64,000 nucleotides of DNA from Candidatus Dojkabacteria bacterium (GCA_050943415.1 JBMNPD010000003.1:3962-67961); one strand, 5' to 3'. Counted from the first letter of the stretch, positions 9,510 through 20,027 are shown. Translations and numbers: made by a program. The notes: generated by a model from the sequence alone, not told the origin.

Positions 9510-11033
9510 CTACTTAGCCACCTCGGTTGCTCTAGTTTCTCTAATAACAGTAACCTCTATATTACCTGGGTAGTTTAGTTTTTTCTCAATCTCCTGAGCA
9601 ACATCCTTAGCCATCACTACTGCTTCATCATCAGAAACAAGCTTTGGCTTAACTATTATTCTCACTTCTCTTCCTGCCTTTATTGCAAATACTTCATCAA
9701 TCCTATCTCCACCAATATCTTTTGCAGCACTCTCTATACCCTCAATTCTTTGAATATACTGTTCGTAGCTATCTTTTCTTGCACCAGGTCTAGAACCAGA
9801 TATTGCATCAGCAAGATAAACAACCACAGCTTCAGGACTTTGTGGCTCAACATCTAAATGATGTGCCTCTATTGCATTTACCAACTTCTCATCAAGCATA
9901 TATTTTCTAGCTATTTGACCAGAAATATGATGGTGAGGACTGTCTACTTTATGTGTTAATACTTTACCGACATCATGTAGAAGAGCTGCTCTCTTAACTA
10001 ATGTTGTATCCAAACCTAATTCCGTAGCCAGTACTTCAGCTATTCTAACAACCTCTATAGTGTGAGACATAAGTGATTGCCCATAACTAGTTCTATACTT
10101 CATCTTTCCAATCAATTTCATTAACCCAACATCCATATCTGGCCAATCTGCTTCATCTGCAAGTACTTGTCCATTTTTCTTAATCTCTTGAGCAATATCA
10201 TTCTTTGCTTTCCTAACTGCTTCCTCTATTGAACTTGGATGGATTCTTCCATCACCAATTAATTTATTCATAGCTACATACGCAATCTCTCTTCTTAACG
10301 GATCAAAAGAAGACAAAGCAATTGCATTTGGTGATTCATCTACAATTACATCTACACCTGTTAGCTGTTCAAAAGATCTAATATTTCTTCCCTCTTTTCC
10401 TATGATTCTACCTTTAACCTTGTCATCATCAACTTTGATAACTTTTGTTGTAGTCTCTCCAACATAGTCTGTCACAACTCGTTGCATTGATTCTACAAGT
10501 ATCTTCTGTGCTTTCTCCTCTGCAGTAGCTTCAATATTCTTCTCTGCCTGTCTTATCTTCTGAGCCTCATAGCCTTTCAAGTCCTCATCTATCTCACTCT
10601 TAAGCTTCTCAGTTGCTTCCTCTCTAGACAAACCAGAGATTCTTTCCAATTCTCCCTTTAATTGAGTTCTATCATTCTCTAGCTTTTCATTCATCTCTTT
10701 TAAACTCTTCTCTTTACTCTGCAATTCATTACTTTTATCATCAAGAATCTTAGACCTCTTGTTTAATGCTTTCTCTCTATCTATTAGAATAGATTCATGC
10801 TCAGCATTCTCTTTTCTAATCTCTTTTAGTCTTTTCTCTTCTCTTTCGCGAAGCTCAGATATTTCATCTTCTGCATCACTAAACTTCTTACTCATTATTT
10901 TTTTGGCAGCAGCCTCTATCTCTTCTCTAGGAATATTATTAATATTTACCCATTTAAATACATACCTTAGAAGAGCAATAGTGCCACCTATACTTATTAC
11001 CGCAGTAACAAGCGATGCTATTACTGTTTCCAT
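9510..11033 (-). CDS. rny: Ribonuclease Y
   Basis: N-terminal TM, long coiled coil, KH domain (GRIIGKEGRNIRSFEQLTGVDVIVD) and HD domain (HTIEV...LLHDVGK). Confidence 0.9.
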   Translation of the reverse strand: METVIASLVTAVISIGGTIALLRYVFKWVNINNIPREEIEAAAKKIMSKKFSDAEDEISELREREEKRLKEIRKENAEHESILIDREKALNKRSKILDDKSNELQSKEKSLKEMNEKLENDRTQLKGELERISGLSREEATEKLKSEIDEDLKGYEAQKIRQAEKNIEATAEEKAQKILVESMQRVVTDYVGETTTKVIKVDDDKVKGRIIGKEGRNIRSFEQLTGVDVIVDESPNAIALSSFDPLRREIAYVAMNKLIGDGRIHPSSIEEAVRKAKNDIAQEIKKNGQVLADEADWPDMDVGLMKLIGKMKYRTSYGQSLMSHTIEVVRIAEVLATELGLDTTLVKRAALLHDVGKVLTHKVDSPHHHISGQIARKYMLDEKLVNAIEAHHLDVEPQSPEAVVVYLADAISGSRPGARKDSYEQYIQRIEGIESAAKDIGGDRIDEVFAIKAGREVRIIVKPKLVSDDEAVVMAKDVAQEIEKKLNYPGNIEVTVIRETRATEVAK

Positions 11034-11255
11034 TTTTTTAATTGTTTAAATTTAATAGGTCCTCTATTAAACTATTTGGTGAAAAGATACGGTCGACAAA
11101 CCGTTTTGTAATATTAATAATTGTAATAGTTTCAACACAATATATTTAACAAAATTAATTTATACAGTATCTTTCAGTATTCTAAAAATGTTTAATTACA
11201 GGACTTTCTAATAATACCATGTTTGGGGATAGATGAGAAGAAGAATGAAAATTCC

Positions 11256-12293
11256 TTATATATACTTTCTATTCAATTCCTCTATTATTCTTTGATAATA
11301 TCGTAGATTATGAATAGTTGCTAAAGTCATACCTGTGGCTTCATTAGCTTTTAACATATGATGAACATACGCTCTACTAAAGTTTCTGCATGTATAACAA
11401 TCACAATTTGAATCTATTGGTCTTTTATCTAACGAGTACTCTGAGTTCATAATCTTAAGAACTTCATTCTCCAAATTAGAAGAGTAGAGAGTACCATGTC
11501 TAGCATTTCTAGTAACCAAGACCGTATCAAATACTGTATATCCCAATTTAGAACACTCTCTGATATCCTCTGGCTTTCCAACTCCCATTGCATATTTAAA
11601 TTTATCAGCAGGAGTGTTTTGAACTACTGTTTCCATCTCTTTCTTTACCAAATTACCTTTATTATCCACCACAAAACCACCAAAGTTATATCCATCAAAA
11701 CCGATATTCACCAAAGCTTCTGCACACTCCTTTCTTAAATCAAGATAGTTTGCTCCTTGAACTACACAACTCAGCAACTTTCCTGTTTTCTCTGTTCCTC
11801 CATATTTATTTTCAAAATGATTCTTACATCTTTTAGCCCAAGATACAGTTCTCTCCACTGAGGTTTCTGCTTCTTTTCTAGTTAGACCTGTATCTCTACA
11901 ATCATCTAAAGTAACCAAAATATCTGACCCTATTGCCATTTGGATATCTATGGAACTCTCCGGTGTTAATTCATATACATCACCAGTTGTTGGAGATTTA
12001 AATGTAGCACCATTTTCATGTACTTTTCCTTTCCATTTTTTTGAATGAATAAGAGAGAATACTTGAAAACCCCCTGAGTCCGTTAGAACTATACCTTTCC
12101 AATTCATGAGATTTTTAATACCTCCTAATTTGAGTAGTTTTTCTGTTCCAAAAGTCATTAGTAGATGGAGAGTATTTGTTACTATGGCTTGAGTATTGGT
12201 GTTCTCTAGCTGTTCTGTCGTCAAGTATCTAACTGCTCCTCTAGTAGCATCTGGCATGAATATGTGTTTTTTACCAAAATCTTTTAATTGCAT
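11256..12293 (-). CDS. tgt: Queuine tRNA-ribosyltransferase (tRNA-guanine transglycosylase)
   Basis: LVLTDSGGFQVFSL and the zinc site CDCYTCRNFSRAYVHH. Confidence 0.9.
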   Translation of the reverse strand: MQLKDFGKKHIFMPDATRGAVRYLTTEQLENTNTQAIVTNTLHLLMTFGTEKLLKLGGIKNLMNWKGIVLTDSGGFQVFSLIHSKKWKGKVHENGATFKSPTTGDVYELTPESSIDIQMAIGSDILVTLDDCRDTGLTRKEAETSVERTVSWAKRCKNHFENKYGGTEKTGKLLSCVVQGANYLDLRKECAEALVNIGFDGYNFGGFVVDNKGNLVKKEMETVVQNTPADKFKYAMGVGKPEDIRECSKLGYTVFDTVLVTRNARHGTLYSSNLENEVLKIMNSEYSLDKRPIDSNCDCYTCRNFSRAYVHHMLKANEATGMTLATIHNLRYYQRIIEELNRKYI

Positions 12294-12297
12294 ATAT

Positions 12298-13374
12298 TTA
12301 TATTATCACCATGCTATCACCGTAGCTTAGAAATTTGTAATCATTTTCTAAAGCGTGGTTATATGCTTTTTTAATTAAGTCTTTACCGCCAAAGGAGGAA
12401 ACTAGTAGCATTAAAGTAGAATCAGGCATGTGGAAGTTAGTTATTAGATGGTCTACACATTTCCATTTATAACTAGGATAGATGTAAAGTTCCGTATCTC
12501 CTGTATATTCTGAGATATACCCATCTCTATCTGCAATACTTTCCAAAGTTCTTGCAACTGTTGTACCAAAAGCCCAAATCTTTCCACCATTTTTCTTAGC
12601 CTCATTCACTATTTCTGCTGTTTCTTTAGAAACAGATATCATTTCTTTATGTATCTTGTGATCTTTTATGTTTTCTTCTCTAATTGGGGAGAATGTACCC
12701 CATCCTATCTGTAGTTCTATGAAAGCCTTTCTAACACCTTTTTTCTCGATCTCTGCAAGTATCTCATCTGTTAGGTTTAAACTAGCTGTAGGAGCCGCTA
12801 CAGAGCCTTTTAGATGAGCAAAAACAGTGTTGTACCTCTGATAGTCTTCCTTGGTATCTTCTCTCCTCATATATGGAGGTATTGGGGTATGCCCTATCTT
12901 CTCAAATATATCTTCTCCTTTAATCTTTTCTGTATCTGTATTCAGTATGGTTACTATAAACCCATCTCCTTTTCTCTCTAATACCTGTATTTTAATTTCT
13001 GGATTTTCTATTGAAGTTAGAATATCTTCTAGTTTGACATGTCTAGCACCTTTAACTAGACAGTACCATTTTTGATTCTCCACGTTTTCTACTTCATTCC
13101 TATTATTATCATTGTTCTCTTTGTTTAAAAAGAGTACCTCTATATTCCTACCTTTTTCATTTTGAAAGTATGTTCTTCTTTTTTCAACTTTTGTTTCGTT
13201 CAAAACAATAACATCACCTTTGTTAATATATTTTGGTATTTCTGAATATTTTGCATCTACTAGCTTGTTGTTGGTTCGATTTACTACCAACAGTTTTGTT
13301 GTCCCCCTACCTTTAGGAGGATACTTAGCTATACTGCTTTGTGGTAAGTCATATATGTATTCTGATATTTTCAT
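12298..13374 (-). CDS. queA: S-adenosylmethionine:tRNA ribosyltransferase-isomerase
   Basis: N-terminus MKISEYIYDLPQSSIAKYPPKGRGTTKLLVV and C-terminus HMPDSTLMLLVSSFGG...FLSYGDSMVI. Confidence 0.85.
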   Translation of the reverse strand: MKISEYIYDLPQSSIAKYPPKGRGTTKLLVVNRTNNKLVDAKYSEIPKYINKGDVIVLNETKVEKRRTYFQNEKGRNIEVLFLNKENNDNNRNEVENVENQKWYCLVKGARHVKLEDILTSIENPEIKIQVLERKGDGFIVTILNTDTEKIKGEDIFEKIGHTPIPPYMRREDTKEDYQRYNTVFAHLKGSVAAPTASLNLTDEILAEIEKKGVRKAFIELQIGWGTFSPIREENIKDHKIHKEMISVSKETAEIVNEAKKNGGKIWAFGTTVARTLESIADRDGYISEYTGDTELYIYPSYKWKCVDHLITNFHMPDSTLMLLVSSFGGKDLIKKAYNHALENDYKFLSYGDSMVII

Positions 13375-13522
13375 TCTTGTATTCTATCACAAGTTATCCA
13401 CATTACTATATTAAAGAGATTTTTAGGAAGAATATTGTAGATACAAGGATACTTCTTAATATTTAGCTTATAGCATCTTAACAAAACATTAAAATATGCT
13501 GGATTTTGCTCTCGGGGAGGGG

Positions 13523-13548
13523 TAAACACTATACCTTAAAGGTGTTTA
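13523..13548. repeat. Nested palindrome carrying the recurring motif ACCTTAAAGGT
   Basis: TAAACAC tataCCTTAAAGG GTGTTTA. The 16-mer ACCTTAAAGGTGTTTA recurs with one mismatch at 23612-23627. Confidence 0.4.
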
Positions 13549-13564
13549 AATGCTATCATAGGAT

Positions 13565-14539
13565 ATGCGAAATTTAATAGAAGAACCAGTAAAGGTATTA
13601 TTTCTTGGAACAGGTTGGGAGTCTGTAGAGACTTTGAAAGCTCTCCATTCTGACAGTAGATTTGATGTTATTGGAGCGATAACAACTGTAGATAAGTTAG
13701 TTGGACGTAAGCAGATTGCTACTCCATCTGATGTTAAGGTATTTTGTCTTGAGAATAATATTCCTGTATTTCATACTGAGAATAACAAGGACAGGTATAT
13801 TAAGGCTTTGGAGAAGTTTAAGCCTGAAATGGTTGTATGTAAGGCATTTGGTGAAATTGTACCGAAGGTGTTTTTAGATTATCCTAAGTACGGTTGTATC
13901 AATATTCATTTTTCTATTCTTCCTAAATATCGAGGTGCTGTTCCTATACAGAAAGCTATTTTAGACGGAGAGAAAGAGACAGGCATATCTATAATGTTGA
14001 TGTCTGAAGGGCTTGATGAGGGTGATGTTTTGCATATTGAGAAAGAGGATATTTTAGATACAGATACTAATCTATCTTTGAGAAAAAGATTAGTAAAGAA
14101 AAGTGCTTTGATCTTAGGAAATATTTTAGAAAAATGGGTTAATGGAGAGATAGGTGCTGTTGAACAGGATCACAAGAGTGCTACATACTGTTGGCAGAAA
14201 GATATTTCAAAGGAGAAAGCAGAGATTAAATTGGAGGAACAATCTCCAATTTATATTGAGAGGATGGTGAGAGCTTTTATTCCTTGGCCTATTGCTTGGT
14301 GTAGGATTAATGCAAGTGGAAATAAAGGTTTGGATGGAAAGGTTATGAAGATTTTTGAGGCTGAATTGGTAGAGGTATCTAGTAGTAGAGATGTCGGGAC
14401 TCTTTTTTCAAAGGATGGAATGTTACTGTTTGTAACTATTGATCCTCATATTTGTTTAAGAGTAAAAGAATTACAAATCGAAGGGAAGACCAAGGTTAAG
14501 GAGAAGGATTTCTTAAATGGTTTGGGGAAGAGTCTTTAA
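13565..14539 (+). CDS. fmt: Methionyl-tRNA formyltransferase
   Basis: INIHFSILPKYRGAVPIQKAILDGEKETGISIM matches the Fmt core NxHxSLLPxxRGAAPIQxAIxxGDxETGVTIM. Confidence 0.9.
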   Translation: MRNLIEEPVKVLFLGTGWESVETLKALHSDSRFDVIGAITTVDKLVGRKQIATPSDVKVFCLENNIPVFHTENNKDRYIKALEKFKPEMVVCKAFGEIVPKVFLDYPKYGCINIHFSILPKYRGAVPIQKAILDGEKETGISIMLMSEGLDEGDVLHIEKEDILDTDTNLSLRKRLVKKSALILGNILEKWVNGEIGAVEQDHKSATYCWQKDISKEKAEIKLEEQSPIYIERMVRAFIPWPIAWCRINASGNKGLDGKVMKIFEAELVEVSSSRDVGTLFSKDGMLLFVTIDPHICLRVKELQIEGKTKVKEKDFLNGLGKSL

Positions 14540-14547
14540 TTCTCCTC

Positions 14548-14857
14548 AAAATGTGCAAGCACACAGTAAGCCGAATTCTGTATAACGATGGTTATCTATC
14601 TAAGCGGTTTTAACCTTGCTTCGAGTGGGGGTTGCCACGCAATGTTGTATTACTACAACATCCGGTAGTCTCTTACACTACCATTTCACCCTTACCTACA
14701 AGTAGGCGGTATATCTTTCTGTTGCCCTTTTCTCCAAAAGATCACTCCCCTCCAACTCTCGTTGGCACTCCTCTTGATATGTTCAAGATCGACATGAAGT
14801 CCGGACTTTCCTCATCTACTAAGAGCAGATGCAACCATCTAATGTACTTGCACAGCT
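14548..14857 (-). ncRNA. rnpB: RNase P RNA, bacterial type A
   Basis: Minus-strand read carries P4 5' GAGGAAAGUCCGGACUUC and P4 3' ACAGAAUUCGGCUUA. It also has UAAGGGUGAAAUGGUAGUGUAAGAGACUACC (consensus GGGUGAAAxGGUGCGGUAAGAGCGCACC) and CCCCACUCGAAGCAAGGUUAAAAC (consensus CCCCACCxGGAGCAAGGCCAAAUAGG). The P1 pairing is GUGCAAG/CUUGCAC. A TATAAT-like box sits just 5' of the RNA at about 14859-14866. Ends are within about 10 nt. Confidence 0.9.
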
Positions 14858-14865
14858 ATATTATA

Positions 14866-15768
14866 CTATTTTCCGCTACTTTTTTTAACAATACGGAAAA
14901 TTCCATATATTACCCAGATTGGAGCTGTGAAGACAAGGATATATATTGCTAGTGTAACAAAGACTTTCAAGAAAGAAATATATGCTCTACTTGCATCTTT
15001 TAGAACACCTAATGGTTTCCAAGGAGTATCTTCTAGTGTAGCTCCAGTACTACTCTGCTTTAATGTTATTCTAATCGTTGAGTAATCTGTCTTATTGCTA
15101 TAATAGTCTAGTTGGCTTTGAATACTTTCTATATTTGCTCTAATCTCATTTAATTCTTTGTATACACTAATTGTGTCTGTAACTGTATCTGCTTTTTTAA
15201 GTATTTCCAAAAGTTGCGCTTCTGTATTTTGTGAAGTTTTTAGTCTTGCTTCTAAATCCATAACTTCTTTGGTTACATCTCTCATATCAATAGAGGAGGA
15301 GATGTTTTCACCTTCCATTTCTTTCAATGTCGAGAACACTTTGTCAAAATTCTCTACTGGAATTTTAATTTCCATATTTAGAACTCTTCTGTTTCCTTCT
15401 CCTACATCTACAAGATACATTACCTCTCCATCGTTTTTCTCAGATATTTCCCGTATTTCTTCTTCACTTTTGTTAAAATCATCCACTAATTTGCTAATAT
15501 TTCCTGTTTTTATAATTTTTGTTCTATCTACAGATGAAGTATCTAAACTTTTAGATGTTTCTATACTGTTAGATTCATACGGTGCCACAGCCATTTCATC
15601 ACGGTAGTACATAGGTGTTGATTGTTTTCCAATAGTTGTTTTTGTATATTTATTATCTTTATTTATGCTAAATAACAGTAAGGCTATTATTGGCGTTAGT
15701 AATAGCAGTACACCTATACTAACAATTATTATGAGGATTTTCTTTCTCCTTTCCATATGGATATTCAA
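14866..15768 (-). CDS. Membrane-anchored hypothetical protein with N- and C-terminal TM helices and a central coiled coil (possibly DUF4349-like)
   Basis: Topology only; no catalytic motif seen. Confidence 0.5.
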   Translation of the reverse strand: MNIHMERRKKILIIIVSIGVLLLLTPIIALLLFSINKDNKYTKTTIGKQSTPMYYRDEMAVAPYESNSIETSKSLDTSSVDRTKIIKTGNISKLVDDFNKSEEEIREISEKNDGEVMYLVDVGEGNRRVLNMEIKIPVENFDKVFSTLKEMEGENISSSIDMRDVTKEVMDLEARLKTSQNTEAQLLEILKKADTVTDTISVYKELNEIRANIESIQSQLDYYSNKTDYSTIRITLKQSSTGATLEDTPWKPLGVLKDASRAYISFLKVFVTLAIYILVFTAPIWVIYGIFRIVKKSSGK

Positions 15769-15876
15769 GTGAATTTATTATAAATAATATCCATTACCAT
15801 AGGAGAATACAAGACTAAAAATATTTTCAACAATATGAAAAGTGAAAAATATTGTTTTGGTTTTAGTAGAATAAAA

Positions 15877-16263
15877 CTATCTCTTTGAGAACTGAGGTTT
15901 CTTTCTGGACTTTACATGGGCATATTTCTTCCTCTCAACTTCTCTAGGATCTCTTGTAACAAACTTGTTCTTTCTTAATGTTGGTTTCAAACTTTCATCC
16001 ATTAAGTACAATGCTCTTGCAAGACCTAATTTGATAGCATCTATTTGTCCTTTTACTCCACCTCCACTTACTTTTGCTGTAAAGTAATACTTGTTTTCAA
16101 GTCCAACAACAATTAGAGGTCTGTTAAGCTGTAAATCTACACCTTTTCCAAAGTAATCTTCTATACTTTTACCGTTAACAGTAGAAGTCTTATCTCCATT
16201 ATAGATTCTGACTCTTGCTGTTGATCTTTTTCTTCTTCCTATTCCTTCAAAATATTTCTGCAC
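15877..16263 (-). CDS. rpsI: 30S ribosomal protein S9
   Basis: C-terminus ...YAHVKSRKKPQFSKR. Confidence 0.95.
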   Translation of the reverse strand: MQKYFEGIGRRKRSTARVRIYNGDKTSTVNGKSIEDYFGKGVDLQLNRPLIVVGLENKYYFTAKVSGGGVKGQIDAIKLGLARALYLMDESLKPTLRKNKFVTRDPREVERKKYAHVKSRKKPQFSKR

Positions 16264-16274
16264 TGTTTAAAATA

Positions 16275-16709
16275 TTACAATTTAATCTCAATTGGTTTCT
16301 GAGCTGTATGTTTATGCTCAGAATTCTTATATACAAACAATCTCGCTAATCTTTTATCTCTTAGCTTGTTGTTTGGCAACATATTCTTAACTGCATCTAC
16401 TATTACTTTTCTAGAATCCTTCTTTATTTGTTCATCAAATCTAGTAAACTTTGCTGCACCGGGATATCCTGAGTGTCTGAAGTATGTCTTTTTCAACTCT
16501 TTACCTCTGGTAAGTTTAACATCATCACTGTTTATGACTACTACATAATCTCCACAATCTACTCCTGGTACTATCTCAGGCTTTTCCTTACCTATGAGAA
16601 GAGATGCTATTTTAGTAGCACTTCTGCCTAGTATCTGATCTTTAACATCAATCACATACCATTTTCTTTCTACTTCTTCTTTTTTTGTCCAAACTGTTTT
16701 GTATTTCAT
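16275..16709 (-). CDS. rplM: 50S ribosomal protein L13
   Basis: MKYKTVWTKKEEVERKWYVIDVKDQILGRSATKIASLL. Confidence 0.95.
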   Translation of the reverse strand: MKYKTVWTKKEEVERKWYVIDVKDQILGRSATKIASLLIGKEKPEIVPGVDCGDYVVVINSDDVKLTRGKELKKTYFRHSGYPGAAKFTRFDEQIKKDSRKVIVDAVKNMLPNNKLRDKRLARLFVYKNSEHKHTAQKPIEIKL

Positions 16710-16725
16710 TAATTCTATTATTTAA

Positions 16726-17229
16726 TTAAAGTCCTGATCTAGTATTAGATCTACCTGTTTTCTTAATTACTGCTGTTTTATCTACTCTCTTATCTTTTTC
16801 AAAGCTACTTACATGTTTAGTTTCATTTACTTTCTCTTTTTTCTCATCTTCTTTCTCCTTTTTAGTTACTTTCTTTTTCTTCTCGGTTCCTTTTAGAACA
16901 ACTCTGGATTGTTCAGCATTATCACCTGACCTAAATCCTACTTTTACTACTTTTACTCCAACATCATCTTTAGTAATATACTCTTTAAACTTCTTTATTA
17001 ATTCCTTGTTTCCAAAGACCTCTTCCAGTTTTCTTCTAAATTCCAAAGAATCTTTCTTTGATACTCCTTTATCAATTAAAGAAGAAGCATCTTGTTTCAA
17101 AACCTTTGCTTTTTGAGTTGTAGTTACCAAGCTATTATTCTTAAACAAAGACCTAAGTAGATTCCTTCTTAAAGAATCTCTATGTGACTTCTTTCTACCT
17201 AATTTTGTCCTTTTTACTCTCTTGTACAT
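16726..17229 (-). CDS. rplQ: 50S ribosomal protein L17 with a Lys/Glu-rich C-terminal extension
   Basis: The first 120 or so aa are typical L17 (MYKRVKRTKLGRKKSHRDSLRRNLL), followed by a tail KKKKVTKKEKEDEKKEKVNETK of about 45 aa. Confidence 0.9.
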   Translation of the reverse strand: MYKRVKRTKLGRKKSHRDSLRRNLLRSLFKNNSLVTTTQKAKVLKQDASSLIDKGVSKKDSLEFRRKLEEVFGNKELIKKFKEYITKDDVGVKVVKVGFRSGDNAEQSRVVLKGTEKKKKVTKKEKEDEKKEKVNETKHVSSFEKDKRVDKTAVIKKTGRSNTRSGL

Positions 17230-17230
17230 C

Positions 17231-18199
17231 CTATTTTCCTTTAATATTAATACCGTAATCTGTTAATAGTTCTAAAATTTCATTAAGTGATTTATTTCCA
17301 AATCCTGGTAAATTCAACAACTCTGTTGCTGTAGTATTTCTTAAATCAGCAACTGTTTTAAATCCTCCTGAAAGTAAACCTGTTTTTGATCTCTTTGAAA
17401 TTGGTAATTCCTCTATCTTCCAATTGCCAATTTCATCATTCTCTGATTCAGCTTCTTCTGTAGCTTCTACTTCAACAGTATTAGCTTCTTCCTCAAGAGC
17501 AATTACTTCTTTCTGTGCCATTCCTAATGCAATCATGACTTTACCTGAGAACTCCTGTAATATTTTTGCTGATTCTAAAACCGCATCTTTTGGAAGAATA
17601 CTTCCATCTGTTGTAACTCCTAGTAATACTGCATCCAAGTCTGTTTCCTGTCCTTTTCTAGCTTGTTCTACACTTAGACTTACTCTTTCTATTGGTGAGA
17701 AATCACAATCTAGAGGAATTACTCCTATCTCCTTTCTTTCAGATGCATCTACTGTCTTGTAACCAACACCTGATTCAACTGTAATCTCCATATCTAAAGA
17801 AGCTGAAGCTTCTGTCAATGTTGCAATATGTAAATCCTTATTAACAACTTCTAGGTCTCCTTTTACTTCAATATCACCTGCTTTTACATCTTTCTTACCT
17901 TTTACAGATATTTTACAAACTCGAGGCTCGTCAGAAGCAGTTGCAAACTTAACTTGCTTCAAATTCATAATGATATCAACCATATTCTCTTTAACACCAT
18001 CAACTGTAGTATATTCATGATCTATTCCTTTAATTGTTACTGATGTGATTCCTGTGCCTCTTAAACTAGAGTAAAGTATTCTTCTTAAAGAATTTCCTAA
18101 TGTATGACCGTATCCTCTTGGTAAAGGAGAGATTTCAAAGAGAGCATAATTCTCTTTCTCTTCTTTTATGGTAACTTTTATATCCTTAAATGCTTCCAT
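17231..18199 (-). CDS. rpoA: DNA-directed RNA polymerase subunit alpha
   Basis: Its position between rpsD and rplQ and an alphaNTD/alphaCTD-like sequence. Confidence 0.9.
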   Translation of the reverse strand: MEAFKDIKVTIKEEKENYALFEISPLPRGYGHTLGNSLRRILYSSLRGTGITSVTIKGIDHEYTTVDGVKENMVDIIMNLKQVKFATASDEPRVCKISVKGKKDVKAGDIEVKGDLEVVNKDLHIATLTEASASLDMEITVESGVGYKTVDASERKEIGVIPLDCDFSPIERVSLSVEQARKGQETDLDAVLLGVTTDGSILPKDAVLESAKILQEFSGKVMIALGMAQKEVIALEEEANTVEVEATEEAESENDEIGNWKIEELPISKRSKTGLLSGGFKTVADLRNTTATELLNLPGFGNKSLNEILELLTDYGINIKGK

Positions 18200-18217
18200 T
18201 AGTATTTGTAAAAAAAA

Positions 18218-18829
18218 TTATCTAGAGTAAAACTCAATAATTAAGTTCTCTTTAATACCCTCATCTATTTCATCTCTAATTGGTAACCTAGCTACTTTAC
18301 ATGACTCTCCTTTTCTCTCTATCCATGTAGGAGATTCGAAAAACCTCTCAGAAGGTGCTAATTTTGCTTTTGTTAATTCAACAGAATCTTGTTCACTAAG
18401 TTCATATGAAGGAATATTTAGCCTCTTTCCGTTAACTTTAACATGACCATGTGTTATATATTGTCTTGCAGCTGCTCTTGATGGAGCAAGTCCAGCTAGA
18501 TACAAAACATTATCCAATCTCAATTCTAAAAGTCTTAAAAGCTCCAATCCTTTATCTGTATTAGCTACTTTTGACCTTCTATCAGCCTCTTTGTATACAG
18601 AATGCATTTTCTTCTCTCTTAAGCCGTAAGTTCTTTTAACTTTTTGCTTCTCTCTAAGCTGAATTCCATAGTTTGACAATCTTGCTCTCTTTTTGTTTCC
18701 ATGCTGTCCTGGTGGAAATGGCTTTCTTTGTAACCCACTCTTATCTGAAAAAGACCTTGCACCTTTCAAATGCAAATTAACTCCCTCTCTTCTACTTAAT
18801 TTTTCTTTTGGTCCTGTATATCTTCCCAT
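18218..18829 (-). CDS. rpsD: 30S ribosomal protein S4
   Basis: MGRYTGPKEKLSRREGVNLHLKG with a C-terminal S4 domain. Confidence 0.95.
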   Translation of the reverse strand: MGRYTGPKEKLSRREGVNLHLKGARSFSDKSGLQRKPFPPGQHGNKKRARLSNYGIQLREKQKVKRTYGLREKKMHSVYKEADRRSKVANTDKGLELLRLLELRLDNVLYLAGLAPSRAAARQYITHGHVKVNGKRLNIPSYELSEQDSVELTKAKLAPSERFFESPTWIERKGESCKVARLPIRDEIDEGIKENLIIEFYSR

Positions 18830-18856
18830 TCTGTTTAAATTCTAAATATATATTAA

Positions 18857-19255
18857 CTACTTTCTAGGAATCTTTCTTGGTCTACAACCATTATGTGGAA
18901 TCGGTGTTCGATCTACCAACATTGTTACTCTCAAACCTGCTGAATCTAACCCTTTAACTGCAGCATTTCTACCTGCACCAGGTCCTTTCAAAAACACCTT
19001 AACTTCTCTTAAGCCGTATTTCTTGATTACTTTCTCTGCAACATCAACAGCTGCTTTTGTCGCAGCATACGCTGTACTTCTTTTTGCTCCCTTGAAACCT
19101 ATTCTCGATGGACTTCCCTGTCCTAAGACTTCACCATTTTCATCTGTCAAGCTAATTATTGTATTGTTGAAAGTAGATTGAATTGTAGCAATACCACTTT
19201 GCACATTTTTCTTAGCACTCTTGCTTTTCTTCGTTGTTTTAGATGTTTCTGCCAT
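18857..19255 (-). CDS. rpsK: 30S ribosomal protein S11
   Basis: C-terminus ...TPIPHNGCRPRKIPRK. Confidence 0.95.
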   Translation of the reverse strand: MAETSKTTKKSKSAKKNVQSGIATIQSTFNNTIISLTDENGEVLGQGSPSRIGFKGAKRSTAYAATKAAVDVAEKVIKKYGLREVKVFLKGPGAGRNAAVKGLDSAGLRVTMLVDRTPIPHNGCRPRKIPRK

Positions 19256-19269
19256 ATTTTTATATAGTT

Positions 19270-19653
19270 TTATGTTTTATCTAAAGTTCTCTTTAAACCT
19301 CCTACAGGTTTACTTCTTCCCTTTCTAGTCCTTGCATTATGTCTAGTTCTTTGACCTCTAACAGGAAGACCTAACTTATGTCTAATTCCTCTGTATGCTC
19401 TAATATCTTTCAATCTTTTAATGTTTCTAAACAGATTCTGTCTTAACTCTCCTTCAACCACCAAATCGGTTTCAATATTCTTCCTCACTCTTTCCAACTC
19501 TGCTTCTGACAAATCTTTAACAAAAATATCTTTATCTAAATTACTTTTTTCGCAAATCTTCTTTGCACTAACCTCTCCTATTCCATATATACTAGTTAAG
19601 GAGACCCATAATCTCTTATCATTTGGTATTTCAACACCTGCAACTCTTGCCAT
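19270..19653 (-). CDS. rpsM: 30S ribosomal protein S13
   Basis: MARVAGVEIPNDKRLWVSLTSIYGIG. Confidence 0.95.
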   Translation of the reverse strand: MARVAGVEIPNDKRLWVSLTSIYGIGEVSAKKICEKSNLDKDIFVKDLSEAELERVRKNIETDLVVEGELRQNLFRNIKRLKDIRAYRGIRHKLGLPVRGQRTRHNARTRKGRSKPVGGLKRTLDKT

Positions 19654-19677
19654 TTTTAAGTAACTAAATTAATTAAA

Positions 19678-19794
19678 TTAACCTTGTCTTTGCTTATGCT
19701 TAGGGTTCTTTTTACAATATACATAAACCCTAGCCTTTCTTTTGACTACATAACAATCCGGACATCTTTTTTTTACAGAAGCTCTAACTTTCAT
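19678..19794 (-). CDS. rpmJ: 50S ribosomal protein L36
   Basis: Hand-translated 38-aa ORF missing from the track: [38 protein letters not shown]. Confidence 0.9.
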   Translation of the reverse strand: MKVRASVKKRCPDCYVVKRKARVYVYCKKNPKHKQRQG

Positions 19795-19799
19795 CTTTA

Positions 19800-20027
19800 T
19801 TATAATCTATATGTTATTCTACCTCTTTCTTTATCATAAGGAGTCATCTCAATTCGAACCTTATCTCCTTCTAAAATTCGAATATAGTGCATTCGCATTT
19901 TTCCTGAAAGATAACCTATAACTTCATGTTTCGATCCATTTACATCGATCTCAACAACAAACTGAGTGTTAGGTAGACTTTCCTTCACTACACCATCAAA
20001 TTCAAAAACCTTTTTGCTATCCTTCAT
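19800..20027 (-). CDS. infA: Translation initiation factor IF-1
   Basis: 75 aa with an S1-like fold: ...[32 protein letters not shown]. Confidence 0.95.
   Translation of the reverse strand: MKDSKKVFEFDGVVKESLPNTQFVVEIDVNGSKHEVIGYLSGKMRMHYIRILEGDKVRIEMTPYDKERGRITYRL

Noticed and set aside
14632-14952. Track ORF of 106 aa on the + strand.
   Set aside because: It overlaps the RNase P RNA gene (the conserved P4, P10-12 and J11/12 blocks are all present on the opposite strand). It has no SD and is not protein-like.
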